Of a DNA stretch of 64,000 bases, positions 34,444-45,479 are shown one piece after another. The notes below the pieces were generated by a model. That model searched no databases, was not told the DNA's origin, and saw only the letters and a program-made list of their open reading frames with translations. Both the position numbers and the translations under genes were made by a program. Position 1 is the stretch's first letter. Each line of letters begins with the position of its first letter. Source of the DNA: an uncultured Sphaerochaeta sp. (GTDB lineage Bacteria > Spirochaetota > Spirochaetia > Sphaerochaetales > Sphaerochaetaceae); NCBI GenBank assembly GCA_964465155.1, contig CAYXIH010000001.1:82609-146608 (forward strand), in the 5' to 3' direction.

Positions 34444-37400
34444 ATGAAGTATCATACGACGCCATCTACGGTAATCATCTCTTTTCTCCTGCTCCTGCTC
34501 TCAGTAACGCTGGTGTGGGGTGGCATGACGTTCCTTGGACTCAAGGATCCTACTACGGTCATGGCCTCCGACTTGGTCTCCTCGCTTGATACCGATGGTC
34601 CGGTCCGTGTCTCGATATCTTCAATCGAGAGAGACCTGTTTCGGCAAGTGGTGGTCAAGGACCTCTCGGTATCCGTCAAGAACCCAGCGGGAACCTATGA
34701 TACGGTGGCGACAATAGAATCGGTGAGCATCCACAAGTCGCTGCAGCATGTCCTGGCTTCGTTGTTTGGCGGCGATACACAGTTTGTTGTAGATATCGAC
34801 GGACTCACCGCTGTCGTGGATGATGCACTGCTGGCATCCCTTGGGGCACTCGCCCCTGCTTCGGCGACAGGATCTTCTCCATCCAAGCTTATCGAATCAT
34901 GGCTCAAGCGCAGCTCGTTCGAAGTGCATCTCAACCAAGCCTCCGCAAAGCTCGACTTGCAGGCTCTCCAGCTGCAGGTCTCGGGGATCAACGGGAATCT
35001 TCTGTTGGGTCCAGACCTCGCCATTGGCAACAGCAACCTCAAGATTGATGCAGTGGAAGGGAATATCAACATTGGCAATGACATGCTCAAGCCCCGGCTT
35101 TCAAACCTTTCGGCATCTATCCAGCGCAATGCGTCGGGGACCCTGCGCCTCTCGGCCTCAATGGTCAACAACCATCTGTCGTTCCCCGGCGGTTCGGCGT
35201 CCGTTGGCAACATCAACATCTGGACCGATGTCAGCGACCTGCAATTTACATCCCTCTCTAAAGGAATTGCACTCTATTCCCTGGATTCGATCATAGCCAC
35301 GTACGGCCTGTATACGATTGACATGGCGAAGATCACGGGGTCCGTGGCACTCTCTGGAGATGGATCGGTCGAAGCTACCGTAGCCCCAGCCGCAGTCAAT
35401 GCCATAGCTGAAATTGACGGCCAACACTACCAAGTCTCCATTCCGACATCCAAGCTGGCAGGGAAGTTCAGTGCTGACGGTACTGTGTCCGCTACGTTCA
35501 GCCTGAGCACCAATTCCCCGGTGTCGGCCATCGTCAATGATGCCGATATCCTCAACCTCAGCAATATCTCTGCCAACATCCAAGGGGGAGGGACCAGCTA
35601 CAACGGAAGCATCCGGTGGAAGAACCTCTGGATAGCCGATGCAAACGCCTTTGAGGACCTGTTGTCTGGCCTGCTGGATGTGAAGCAGCTTCCGTTGCAG
35701 AAGTTTGGGAGTACCGATGGGCAAGTCAATATAGGCATCACACCAGGAACATTCATCGCAGAGCTGTACAGCAAGCTCGATATCGGCTTGGAGGACATGG
35801 TTCCATCGCAACTCACTGGTATCCTCACGGCGTCTGCTGATTATGACCGGGCGACCCATGCAATGAACATCTATGGCCAGATAGAAGATTTCACCATGGA
35901 TTCAGTGCCTGGTACCACCAAGGTGCTGGTGACATTTGGTACCGACGCTGACAACCTGACGGACCTTACCCTGCAAGTTGAAAATAGCGAAGCGGGAATC
36001 TCCCTTGATGCACAAGCCACGCTTCCCGAACAGGCCATCAACGCCCAGTTGCGGTTGACTGAATTTGCCCCCAGCGCCTTCTCAGGCCTGACACGCCAAT
36101 ATGCGCCATTCCTTGATTCCTACATCGACCTCAAGACTCGGATCAACGGTACCTTCTTGGTGGATGCCCTTCCTGGAAATGGAAAGCTGGTACCCTTTGA
36201 TGCTCGCACCTCGTTCGAGCTGGCAATAGTGGATCTCCAAGTGGGTGACCGTTTCTTCAACGGAGCATCGACGTTCGCCGGGACGCTCACAGACGATTTG
36301 CTGGATATCCAGACGTTCACTGCCACGACAGAAGGGTATCGCCTGCAATATACGGGTTCCATCCAGTTGGAGCACATGCTTCCGCAAGGACAATTGCGTG
36401 TCGAGCTTGCCGAGGATGGATCGAACCTGGTGCAGGTGGATTTCTCATTGCTGCCTCCGCAGCGGTATCAGTTCGATATCACAAGCGGGCTCCTCAAGTC
36501 TGTCTCCATGACCGGTGAGATGACGTTGCAGGACAAGAACATCATCCAAAGCAATGCACAGCTGCATGCCTTGGACATGGAATATCCCATTGACCTGCGT
36601 GTCGACATGGCACAAGCTACGATGGACATGCGGACTTCCGGTCTCTCCATCGGTTTCATGCTCAATGACAACGGACGCATGAGAGCTTCGGTGAAGGCTG
36701 ATTCCTTTACCCTTCCGATGTTTGGTGACCTGCAGGTTCCAATGGTCATCAACGGGGACCTGCAGCTGGTGATCCCGATGGATACGTATGCATGGGACCT
36801 GCAGCTGAACGATTTCAAGGTAGTGAATCTCCCAGCCGTTGAGTCGGTGGGGAGCCTCTCCCTCGACTTGTCCGTGGATGCTTCCCACCTTGCGATCGAC
36901 AACATTGTCTGGGATTCAGTGTTTGGAGAGCCGATGGAGGGGCAGCTCAGTCTTCAGGCTGCGTCCCTTGCCGACCTGGTGAAAAAGAACGTCACAGATG
37001 GGAAGTTCCTCTTCTACCTGGACGGAGGACCTGGTGAAAGCATTTCCATTTCCTTGTTCGAGCCAACAGACCAGCGCGGGACTGTCGAAGGCATGCTGGA
37101 CATCAAGTCGTTCATGCTAGGCAGAGTGTCCCCATCCTTGAGTGAGATGGAGACTTCACTCTCATTGGTTGGCACCAGCGACCTGCAGCAACACATCTCC
37201 TTGGATGGAAAACTCAACTTGCGCGAACGGTTCCAAGATCCTGAAAATCTCAATGTGGATGCCAACCTCCTGATAACGGACGACTTGGTCAAACTCTATG
37301 GAATCATGGTTGAGAATGGGCCCCTGTCGGTCAGGGATGCATTGGTCTCGGTCAACTTCTCCACCGGTGAAGCTGAACTGGGGCTCCAGACCAAGTACAT

Positions 37401-39288
37401 CGTGCAGAACGCTGACCGACCCAGGACCTATGGTGGAACATTTGGCCTCAAGGCAGTCCTTCCTCTGGACAAGGGGGTCATGAGCTTCAACGACGGATAT
37501 GACAAAGTGCTGGGCATGTACCACACCCTGATGGATGATGTCAGCGATGACTCTCCATTTGTATTGGATCTCTCGATCCGGGATGTGGTTGTCGGTGACG
37601 ACTACACCATCCCAGACGGCAACTACACCATCTCCCTGGGCTCGGGCCAAGCAACGGTCATTGGAGGAGTTCCCACGGAGGCTCCGAATATCAACGGGAG
37701 CTACAGGTTCTCCGACGGTGCCATTGACCTGCGCATAGATCCTTCGTTCCTGCTGGGCTTCCATATGAAAGGCACCCTCCTGGGGCGAAACATCTCAGTT
37801 CGGGTTACTGACATCTTCTTCCCACTGCCGTTGATCAACGCGACATTCCTCAAGCCAATCTTGAAGTTCCACAAGGGTGACGTGCATGGCGACATCTGGA
37901 TTACCGGAGACCCGCTCTCTCCCAACTTCTATGGGATGGCATGGGCGGATAGGATTGACTTGTGGGTCTTCTGGGTTCCCGACGACATCATTTCCCTGAA
38001 GAATCCTGTTGTGTCCATGGAAGAGGGGTTTGCTACGACAAGCCTGACGCCATTGACGGCAACCAGCAGCCGGACCGGTGAGATCGTCACTGGCCTGGGC
38101 AAAGCCTCCGTCAACCTGGACGGATGGATGCTTGACTATTATGACGTGGAAGCCCAAGTTCCTGACAAGCCTGTATTCGTGCGGATTCCGATCCTTGGCG
38201 CCGACATTGACATCCAAGGGTATGGTGCTGGCAATTTCTTCCTGCATGGAACCAACGACGTGACATGGATCTCCGGCGACTTCCTCATCGATGATACATC
38301 GATCAGCTTTGGTGTGGACGGACTTCCTGCATGGTATGTGCCCGTAGAAGGTGGAAAATCTTCTACCGATGTGTCGGTGACCACTGGCAAGAATGTGAAC
38401 TTCTATTTCCCGACTGCCGATTCTCCGATCATCACGGCAACTATCGACGAGGGGCAGCACATCACGTTCACGTATGATCATACCACAGATACCACTACTG
38501 CAGATGGTGTGCTTGCCTTCAGAAGTGGTGAGATCTACTACTTCCAGAAGAACTTCTATATCACCCAAGGTTCCCTGAAGTTCCGCACCGACGTGTTTAC
38601 CAATGAGATTGTCCCGGTCATCAACATGCGTGCACGCATGCGTGACCTTGACGCGAATGGAAACAAAGTCGATATATACCTGGTGCTTCAGGATTCTACG
38701 CTGGACAATATCTCTCCATACTTTGAGAGCGTCCCATCCTTGACCACGAATGAAATCATGGAAATCCTGGGGCAGAGCATCCTTCCGTCCAGTGCATATG
38801 GGCAGGTGAATGTCTCTTCGGTCGTCTCCCTGGCAGCGACGGCCACCGATGTGATCAGCAGGCTTGGATTGATAGGTTCCAGTACTTCGGGACTTACAAA
38901 TTCCATCAAGACTTCACTCGGTCTTGACATGTTTACGTTAAGAAGTAACATTGTGCAGAATATATTGTTTGATGTGTTGCCGGGCAACACCTTGGGATAT
39001 ACCAACGCAAGTCCATTGGCACGGTACTTGGACAATACGACGATATCTTTGGGCAAATATATTGGGAGTGATTTCTTCCTCCAGGGGATGATACACTTCT
39101 CGGCTTCTCCGTATGGCCAGGGTGGGGGATTCTTCCTCGCCGAGGACTTGGAGGTGGATATGGAACTGTCGGTGGAATGGGCGAATCCCGTAGGGACCTT
39201 CTCGCTGTTCACACAGCCAGATGAGTTGTCCCTCTTTAGTATTTTGGATACTATAGGGTTCAGCGTTACCAAGCGAATTGAATTCTAG
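34444..39288 (+). CDS. tamB: translocation and assembly module protein TamB-like (DUF490-type giant periplasm-spanning protein)
   Basis: About 1614 aa with a single N-terminal TM anchor (VIISFLLLLLSVTLVWGGMTFL). It has long beta-rich repetitive architecture and a C-terminal TamB-like block (SLGKYIGSDFFLQGMIHF). It lies directly upstream of bamA. Confidence 0.7.
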   Translation: MKYHTTPSTVIISFLLLLLSVTLVWGGMTFLGLKDPTTVMASDLVSSLDTDGPVRVSISSIERDLFRQVVVKDLSVSVKNPAGTYDTVATIESVSIHKSLQHVLASLFGGDTQFVVDIDGLTAVVDDALLASLGALAPASATGSSPSKLIESWLKRSSFEVHLNQASAKLDLQALQLQVSGINGNLLLGPDLAIGNSNLKIDAVEGNINIGNDMLKPRLSNLSASIQRNASGTLRLSASMVNNHLSFPGGSASVGNINIWTDVSDLQFTSLSKGIALYSLDSIIATYGLYTIDMAKITGSVALSGDGSVEATVAPAAVNAIAEIDGQHYQVSIPTSKLAGKFSADGTVSATFSLSTNSPVSAIVNDADILNLSNISANIQGGGTSYNGSIRWKNLWIADANAFEDLLSGLLDVKQLPLQKFGSTDGQVNIGITPGTFIAELYSKLDIGLEDMVPSQLTGILTASADYDRATHAMNIYGQIEDFTMDSVPGTTKVLVTFGTDADNLTDLTLQVENSEAGISLDAQATLPEQAINAQLRLTEFAPSAFSGLTRQYAPFLDSYIDLKTRINGTFLVDALPGNGKLVPFDARTSFELAIVDLQVGDRFFNGASTFAGTLTDDLLDIQTFTATTEGYRLQYTGSIQLEHMLPQGQLRVELAEDGSNLVQVDFSLLPPQRYQFDITSGLLKSVSMTGEMTLQDKNIIQSNAQLHALDMEYPIDLRVDMAQATMDMRTSGLSIGFMLNDNGRMRASVKADSFTLPMFGDLQVPMVINGDLQLVIPMDTYAWDLQLNDFKVVNLPAVESVGSLSLDLSVDASHLAIDNIVWDSVFGEPMEGQLSLQAASLADLVKKNVTDGKFLFYLDGGPGESISISLFEPTDQRGTVEGMLDIKSFMLGRVSPSLSEMETSLSLVGTSDLQQHISLDGKLNLRERFQDPENLNVDANLLITDDLVKLYGIMVENGPLSVRDALVSVNFSTGEAELGLQTKYIVQNADRPRTYGGTFGLKAVLPLDKGVMSFNDGYDKVLGMYHTLMDDVSDDSPFVLDLSIRDVVVGDDYTIPDGNYTISLGSGQATVIGGVPTEAPNINGSYRFSDGAIDLRIDPSFLLGFHMKGTLLGRNISVRVTDIFFPLPLINATFLKPILKFHKGDVHGDIWITGDPLSPNFYGMAWADRIDLWVFWVPDDIISLKNPVVSMEEGFATTSLTPLTATSSRTGEIVTGLGKASVNLDGWMLDYYDVEAQVPDKPVFVRIPILGADIDIQGYGAGNFFLHGTNDVTWISGDFLIDDTSISFGVDGLPAWYVPVEGGKSSTDVSVTTGKNVNFYFPTADSPIITATIDEGQHITFTYDHTTDTTTADGVLAFRSGEIYYFQKNFYITQGSLKFRTDVFTNEIVPVINMRARMRDLDANGNKVDIYLVLQDSTLDNISPYFESVPSLTTNEIMEILGQSILPSSAYGQVNVSSVVSLAATATDVISRLGLIGSSTSGLTNSIKTSLGLDMFTLRSNIVQNILFDVLPGNTLGYTNASPLARYLDNTTISLGKYIGSDFFLQGMIHFSASPYGQGGGFFLAEDLEVDMELSVEWANPVGTFSLFTQPDELSLFSILDTIGFSVTKRIEF

Positions 39289-39321
39289 AACATTGCAAAC
39301 TGAAGTAGGCAAGGAGTTTAC

Positions 39322-41895
39322 ATGAGAAGAAAATACATAGCTGCATTGTGTGCGGTATTGATGTTCACCATGATCGGTGCTTTCGCGGCCGAGGAGGATG
39401 TCACAGCACAAGGCAACTGGTGGCAAGGAAAACCAATCGTTGAATTTGCATATGAAGGGCTACAGAATGTACCGGCAACAAAAGTCGACGATATAACATA
39501 TCCCTACAAGGACAAATTGTTCACAGACTCCCTGTTCAATGAGCTTCAGGCACAATTGTATGCCTCCAACTACTTCAGCCACTTTGAAGCGGAAGCGCTT
39601 CCCACAGGCGAGAGCAAGACCGAGCTGCAGATCCTCTTCAGGTTCTACGAGCTCCCCCAGGTTTCCCAGATAGTCTTTGTCGGCAATACCGGAGTGAAGG
39701 AACGCGACCTGCTCAAGAGCATCTCCCTCAAGGTAGGAGACTATGCAACCAAGCAGCAGTTCGACCTTGCAACCACTGCATTGGTCAACTACTACCGTGA
39801 CAAGGGGTATAATCAGGCGACGGTTCGTTCCGAATACCAGATAGATGAACCTTCCAACAAGGTTGTCGTGACGTTCATCATCGAAGAGGGGGTGCAGAGC
39901 AAGGTCACCGAGATTACGTTCGAGGGCAACACTGCATTCTCCTCATCCACCCTCAAGAGGAAGCTTGACACCAAGGTCCAGTCGCTGTTCAACTCAGGCA
40001 ACTTCAACGAGCAGACCATCCGGGCAGACGGTACGAAGATCGAGCAGTTCTACCAGTCAAATGGATATATCGACGCGAAGGTCACCGATGTGGTGTTCGA
40101 GAATATCAGCCAACCTGAAGACACCGTCAACAAGATGCAGGTCATCTTCCAGATCAGTGAAGGTGAACAGTGGAGGCTGGGGTCCATCGTCGTCGAGGGA
40201 AACACTGTTTTCAGCGATGCAACGATCAATTCCTTGCTGACGATGCCCAGCGGTGCAATCCTCGACATGCAGAAGGTCAACAGCGAGATCTCCAAGATTT
40301 CTGACCTCTATTGGAATGATGGCTACATATATAACCAGATTGGCGTCCAGGATTCCAGGGATGCGGAGAACCTCACCGTAGACTTTACGATGAATATCGT
40401 CGAGGCTGGGCAGGCTGTTGTTGAGGATATCATCATCGCCGGACTGACCAAGACCAAGCCCTATGTGTTCGAGCGTGAATTGACCATCAACGTCGGCGAT
40501 GTGTTCAGCAAGGCCAAGATGGTGCAGAGCGGTCAGAACATCTACAACACTGGCTTGGTGACTGACGTACAGTTTGACATCCTCTATGGAAGCGAGGAGG
40601 GACTGGTCGTCCTTGAGTTCAAGGTCGTCGAAGGCAACCAGATGGATATCCAGTTCGGTGCAACCTTCGGTGGCAACGTGGATGGATTCCCGGTATCGGG
40701 ATTCGTCCAGTGGTCTGACAAGAACCTTGCTGGAACCGGACGTTCCCTCTCAATCGGCACAAACATCAGCCCTGACGCACAGAGCCTCCAAGTCTCCTTC
40801 AATGACGGCTGGGTAGGCAACAAGCGTTGGTCCAATGGCCTGAGCTTGACATTCGAGCGCAGCGTCAAGGGCAACGTCATGCAGAAGGGAGCTGGGTCTG
40901 GCTATTATGATGGTCGCGACACGGAGTCATGGCCCTTGGGCTACAACAGCTACATGGAGTATGCAGCCGCCGGAAAGGCAACTCCTGGAAGCCAATACCT
41001 GATGTCCTACGACTATTACCGCATTGCCTTGGGGTACAACACCGGATATACATTCATGTTCGATCCTGGCCGTTTGTCTTTGAGCATTGGCGTGTCGGTT
41101 GGCCTCAACCATGCCGTATATGACCAGGCCAAGTATGACCCGTATGAGAAATTGGTGAAGCTGTACCATGAGAAATGGCAGTTCTCCAACAGGATGTCCC
41201 TCTACTTCTCCTGGGATGGACGTGACTTGATTGAGAATACCACGCAAGGGTACCTGCTCTCCCAGCAGTTCACCTATGCCGGTGGCTTCATGTTCGGCCT
41301 GTCCAACTACATGCGCACCACTACCAGTGCCAGTGGATACCTGACATTGTTCTCGATACCCACTGACAAGAAGCCGTACAACGGCGTGATCAGCCTTGCA
41401 TCGAGCGTATCGGCAATGTTGCCACAGTATTCCAACTTGGGTGGGTATGGTGATTGGGGATGGCATCCTGCCAAGGAAGGAGCAACCAAATACGAGATGC
41501 TCTATATCGATGGGATGAACATCGGCCGTGGCTTCTCCCCGGTGTACGACTTGTCGTTCATGTGGGACAACATGCTTGAGTTCAGCATCCCCATCGTCCA
41601 GGACGTGTTGGCAGCCGAGCTGTTCGGAAGTGCAACAGGAGTCACATCCTCGCTTTCCGAACTCAACAAGTTCAGCAACCTCAACTGGTACTTCGCCTTT
41701 GGTGGCGGCATCAAGCTGAAGATACCTGGATTCCCACTTGGTTTGTATTTGGTGAAGAACGCTGTGTACAACGTCTCCGATCCTACCTACAACAGTCCTG
41801 GTGCTTGGTCATGGGTAGGTGGCGATATCTTCAAGGGAACTTCTGCAACCAGTGGAATGAAACTTGTCCTTGCTATCAGCACAAGCCTGTTCTGA
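39322..41895 (+). CDS. bamA: outer membrane protein assembly factor BamA
   Basis: Signal peptide, then repeated POTRA-like units (e.g. VSQIVFVGNTGVKERDLLK, VTEITFEGNTAFSSSTLKRKL, LGSIVVEGNTVFSDATI). C-terminal Omp85 barrel. Confidence 0.9.
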   Translation: MRRKYIAALCAVLMFTMIGAFAAEEDVTAQGNWWQGKPIVEFAYEGLQNVPATKVDDITYPYKDKLFTDSLFNELQAQLYASNYFSHFEAEALPTGESKTELQILFRFYELPQVSQIVFVGNTGVKERDLLKSISLKVGDYATKQQFDLATTALVNYYRDKGYNQATVRSEYQIDEPSNKVVVTFIIEEGVQSKVTEITFEGNTAFSSSTLKRKLDTKVQSLFNSGNFNEQTIRADGTKIEQFYQSNGYIDAKVTDVVFENISQPEDTVNKMQVIFQISEGEQWRLGSIVVEGNTVFSDATINSLLTMPSGAILDMQKVNSEISKISDLYWNDGYIYNQIGVQDSRDAENLTVDFTMNIVEAGQAVVEDIIIAGLTKTKPYVFERELTINVGDVFSKAKMVQSGQNIYNTGLVTDVQFDILYGSEEGLVVLEFKVVEGNQMDIQFGATFGGNVDGFPVSGFVQWSDKNLAGTGRSLSIGTNISPDAQSLQVSFNDGWVGNKRWSNGLSLTFERSVKGNVMQKGAGSGYYDGRDTESWPLGYNSYMEYAAAGKATPGSQYLMSYDYYRIALGYNTGYTFMFDPGRLSLSIGVSVGLNHAVYDQAKYDPYEKLVKLYHEKWQFSNRMSLYFSWDGRDLIENTTQGYLLSQQFTYAGGFMFGLSNYMRTTTSASGYLTLFSIPTDKKPYNGVISLASSVSAMLPQYSNLGGYGDWGWHPAKEGATKYEMLYIDGMNIGRGFSPVYDLSFMWDNMLEFSIPIVQDVLAAELFGSATGVTSSLSELNKFSNLNWYFAFGGGIKLKIPGFPLGLYLVKNAVYNVSDPTYNSPGAWSWVGGDIFKGTSATSGMKLVLAISTSLF

Positions 41896-41919
41896 CAGGC
41901 AACCCAATTTCATGTTACA

Positions 41920-41956
41920 ATTGCCCGTCGGTCTTCCGATGGGCAATTTTGAGTTT
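41920..41956 (+). terminator. rho-independent terminator after bamA
   Basis: 11-bp stem ATTGCCCGTCG/CGATGGGCAAT (one G-U pair) with a 6-nt loop, followed by TTTTGAGTTT. Confidence 0.65.
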
Positions 41957-41967
41957 CAGGAGTAAAG

Positions 41968-44580
41968 ATGACAGCCGAACCGAATGACAAGCTTACACCG
42001 ATGATGCAGCAATACCTCTCCATCAAGGAAGAACACCAGGACATGGTCCTCTTCTTTCGGCTCGGTGATTTCTATGAGATGTTCATGGAAGATGCCAAGG
42101 AGGTATCGCGGCTGTTGAACCTGACTCTCACACAACGTGGCGGAAAGCCAATGTGTGGCATTCCCTACCATGCAGCACGCAACTATATCAAACGCCTGCT
42201 TGACGAGGGAAAGAAGATTGCCATATGTGAACAAGTCGAACTTCCCCAGGATGGCAAGACACTCGCTAAACGGGAAGTTGTCCAGGTGATTACCCCGGCG
42301 ACCGTCGTGGACGACGATTTTCTCGATTCCGGTTCGAACAGCTTCCTCTTGGCATTGTGCCTCAACGGCGGGTATCCGGTGGCATGCTATGCCGACATCT
42401 CCACCGGTGAGTTCTTCCTTCGGAGACTTGACGATGCCGACAAGGACATCTCGATCCGTACCTTGATCGCACAGATCCTCCCCAAGGAAATCCTTGTGGA
42501 TGAAGATGAGTACTACATGGATAGCTCGTATCAAGAATTGATTTCAAGTTCCCATGCAATGGTCACCAAATTGCCTTCCTGGTACTTCAGCATCACCGAC
42601 GGAAAGAACTTGTTGTGCGAGCAAGCACAGACGGCATCTTTGTTTGGCTTTGGGATTTTGGACGACGAACCCTCGCTGCGCAGTGCCGGTGCCTTGATGC
42701 GGTACCTCAAGGATACGGCAAAATCGGCAATGTACCAAGTGAAGGACTACCACTTGCTCAATGAGAGCCAGTACCTGGGCATCGACGAATCAAGCCGGAG
42801 GAACCTTGAGATCATCACCAACTTGCATGATGGCACGAGCCATTGCACACTCTTCGAGTCGGTTGACAGGACACGCACCGCAGCAGGTGCACGGTTGCTC
42901 AAGAGTTGGCTTTCCAATCCCCTGCGGGACCTTGCAGCCATTGACCTCAGGCAACAGTGGGTCTCCTCCTTTTTCGATGACCCGACAGAGCTTTCCCGTG
43001 TCCGGGATATCCTGACTGGAACCTTGGACATGGTCCGTCTCACTACGCGCGTGGCGATGCACCGGAGCCAACCTCATGACCTTGTTGCGATCAAAGAGAC
43101 TGCCATGGCATTCTTTGCGTTGGTGGGAGACGACTTGCATAGATATGGCTCCATCCTCCAGCCGCATGTCGACGATGCACAGCTGCAGGCAGTCGTACAG
43201 CTGGCTGCCTTGGTGGACTCCGCCATAGATTGCAATTGCCTTGGTCCGTTTGAGGAGGGCAGGGTCATCCTCAATGGATATGATTCCCAATTGGATGCGT
43301 TGCGTGCGGTCAAGGATGGAGGCACCAACTTGCTACAGGAATATCTTCAGCGGGTAAAGGAGCAAACAGGCATCCCTACGATCAAGCTATCCTACAACAA
43401 GATCATCGGACACTTTCTCGAAGTCTCCAAAGCCCAGGCTGACAAGGTTCCTCCAACGTTCGCACGTAGGCAGACACTGGTGAACGCCGAACGGTATACC
43501 ACCGATGAACTCTTGGAATGTGAGACGAAGATGCTCCGAAGCGCTTCTGAGGCGGAGCGCAGGGAACGTGCCTTGTACGATGCATTGGTTGAACAGACGC
43601 TCCAATGCCTGCAATCCCTGGTGGCAGTAGGGAATTTCCTTGCAGAGATAGACGTGTACCAATCCATGGCGTCCGTTGCCAAGCAACGCGGATATGTGAG
43701 GCCGGTTGTCGATGATTCTGATGTATTGTTGATCAGCGGTGGGCGTCACCCAGTAGTTGAAGCCCAGCTGCACGTCAATGAATTCGTACCCAATGACCTG
43801 AACATAGAACAAGCCAGTGGCCGCTTCTCGTTGATTACCGGGCCGAACATGGCGGGCAAGTCGACATATCTTCGCCAGAATGCCCTCATCGTGCTGCTTG
43901 CCCAGGCAGGTTCGTTTATTCCGGCCGACAGTGCCCGCATTGGGGTGGTGGACAAGCTGTTCTGCCGAGTAGGAGCATCAGACAATCTTGCCAGGGGTGA
44001 ATCGACATTTTTGGTCGAGATGCAGGAGGCAGCCTACATTGTCAGGAATGCCACGCGCCGCTCGCTGGTGATCATGGATGAGATCGGGCGTGGCACCAGC
44101 ACCCAGGATGGGATGTCAATCGCCTATGCCGTGATGCGCAATCTCATAGAGCTCGGGCCAAAGACCCTGTTTGCAACACATTACCATGAGCTGACGATGC
44201 TCGATACCACTGGGATCACACTGCTGACACTGTCTGTTACGGAAAAGCGCAATACCGTGATATTCCGTAGGAAGATCCAACAGGGTGTGGCAAATTCCTC
44301 CTATGGGCTGCACGTTGCAAAGATGGCTGGGATGCCCGCTTCGGTGCTCAAGGAGGCGGCGTTGTTCCAAAAGCGCCATTTCGCCGACTATGCGCTGGGA
44401 GGGGGAGCACAGCTTGAGCTATTCCTCAATGAAGAGACGCAGCATGCTCCCCTTGACGATGGGTCCCGGGATCTGCTGCTGTCAATTTCAGAGTTCGACA
44501 TTGACGGATGTACGCCAATCCAAGCGTTGATGGAACTCGGCCGGCTCAAGACAGAGGCACAGAAGATTCTCCAAGATTGA
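41968..44580 (+). CDS. mutS: DNA mismatch repair protein MutS
   Basis: TPMMQQYLSIKEEHQDMVLFFRLGDFYEMF, Walker A ITGPNMAGKSTYLRQ, Walker B VIMDEIGRGTST. Confidence 0.95.
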   Translation: MTAEPNDKLTPMMQQYLSIKEEHQDMVLFFRLGDFYEMFMEDAKEVSRLLNLTLTQRGGKPMCGIPYHAARNYIKRLLDEGKKIAICEQVELPQDGKTLAKREVVQVITPATVVDDDFLDSGSNSFLLALCLNGGYPVACYADISTGEFFLRRLDDADKDISIRTLIAQILPKEILVDEDEYYMDSSYQELISSSHAMVTKLPSWYFSITDGKNLLCEQAQTASLFGFGILDDEPSLRSAGALMRYLKDTAKSAMYQVKDYHLLNESQYLGIDESSRRNLEIITNLHDGTSHCTLFESVDRTRTAAGARLLKSWLSNPLRDLAAIDLRQQWVSSFFDDPTELSRVRDILTGTLDMVRLTTRVAMHRSQPHDLVAIKETAMAFFALVGDDLHRYGSILQPHVDDAQLQAVVQLAALVDSAIDCNCLGPFEEGRVILNGYDSQLDALRAVKDGGTNLLQEYLQRVKEQTGIPTIKLSYNKIIGHFLEVSKAQADKVPPTFARRQTLVNAERYTTDELLECETKMLRSASEAERRERALYDALVEQTLQCLQSLVAVGNFLAEIDVYQSMASVAKQRGYVRPVVDDSDVLLISGGRHPVVEAQLHVNEFVPNDLNIEQASGRFSLITGPNMAGKSTYLRQNALIVLLAQAGSFIPADSARIGVVDKLFCRVGASDNLARGESTFLVEMQEAAYIVRNATRRSLVIMDEIGRGTSTQDGMSIAYAVMRNLIELGPKTLFATHYHELTMLDTTGITLLTLSVTEKRNTVIFRRKIQQGVANSSYGLHVAKMAGMPASVLKEAALFQKRHFADYALGGGAQLELFLNEETQHAPLDDGSRDLLLSISEFDIDGCTPIQALMELGRLKTEAQKILQD

Positions 44581-44605
44581 ATGGGCAGCCCACTTCCACC
44601 CCAAA

Positions 44606-45298
44606 GTGGACATGCACGTTCATTTCTTTGGCTGCAGGATCTGTGGCAACGGTACATCCGGTGTGTTGTGTGACGTATGTTCGGCTGAGATACAGCACTG
44701 GTTGTACGATGCATATGCAACACGCTGTCCCAGGTGCGGACATTCGCGCGTCAATGGGCAGCTGTCATGCCCTACGTGCCAACAACAAGCTTCCAGCAGG
44801 TTTCGTGCGAGTTGCGGCCCATACCAAGGAATAGGGAAGGAGCTGGTCATACAGCTCAAATTCCACCGCAGGAGGACCTTGGTACCCATTGTGGCAGACT
44901 GCATCGGGTCGTTGCTGGGTGATGGTCCCGTAGCATTGGTTGCAGTGCCAGCATCGAAGAAAGGAGTTGCGTACCGGGGATTTGACCAGATGCAACTGGT
45001 GGCCAAGGCATTGCGGCGGCAATCGAACGGGAGGATACAGGTATTCCGGATGCTTGCTTCGACGCTCTCCTATGAGCAGAAGTTGATGGATGCCCAGCAA
45101 CGGCGGAAGATCAGGTTTGGGGTGAATGAACGAAAGAAGCGCAAGCTCGTGCAGTTTGTCCATGAGCATCCTGATGCCGAAATATATGTGATCGATGATG
45201 TGTCGGTAACGGGAAGCTCCATGGAGCATGCAATGGATTTGGTTGAATCCATAGTCGGTCGGAGAGTTTTGGGTGTTGCTTTCTGCGAAGAAGGATAA
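44606..45298 (+). CDS. comF: ComF family protein (PRTase fold with N-terminal zinc ribbon)
   Basis: Cys pairs CRICG..CDVC and CPRCG..CPTC. C-terminal PRPP motif IYVIDDVSVTGSS. Confidence 0.75.
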   Translation: MDMHVHFFGCRICGNGTSGVLCDVCSAEIQHWLYDAYATRCPRCGHSRVNGQLSCPTCQQQASSRFRASCGPYQGIGKELVIQLKFHRRRTLVPIVADCIGSLLGDGPVALVAVPASKKGVAYRGFDQMQLVAKALRRQSNGRIQVFRMLASTLSYEQKLMDAQQRRKIRFGVNERKKRKLVQFVHEHPDAEIYVIDDVSVTGSSMEHAMDLVESIVGRRVLGVAFCEEG

Positions 45299-45335
45299 GA
45301 AACATGCCTATTTGCCCCTTTTGCAGATGGATGAA

Positions 45336-45364
45336 TTGACAATTGTTGGAGTTTAACGTATTTT
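45336..45364 (+). promoter_or_regulatory. candidate sigma70-type promoter for the rimP-nusA-infB operon
   Basis: TTGACA (45336-45341), 17-nt spacer, TATTTT (45359-45364). The -10 element is weak, and no experimental support is possible from sequence alone. Confidence 0.25.
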
Positions 45365-45479
45365 AACAACAGAATTAGTTGTGTTTTTTAGGGATCGCGA
45401 TTGCCGGTCCTTTTTTTTGGCCCTATGGCCGGTCAAACAAGCATGAATCCATAACAGGCACGACTACCACAGGAAAGAT

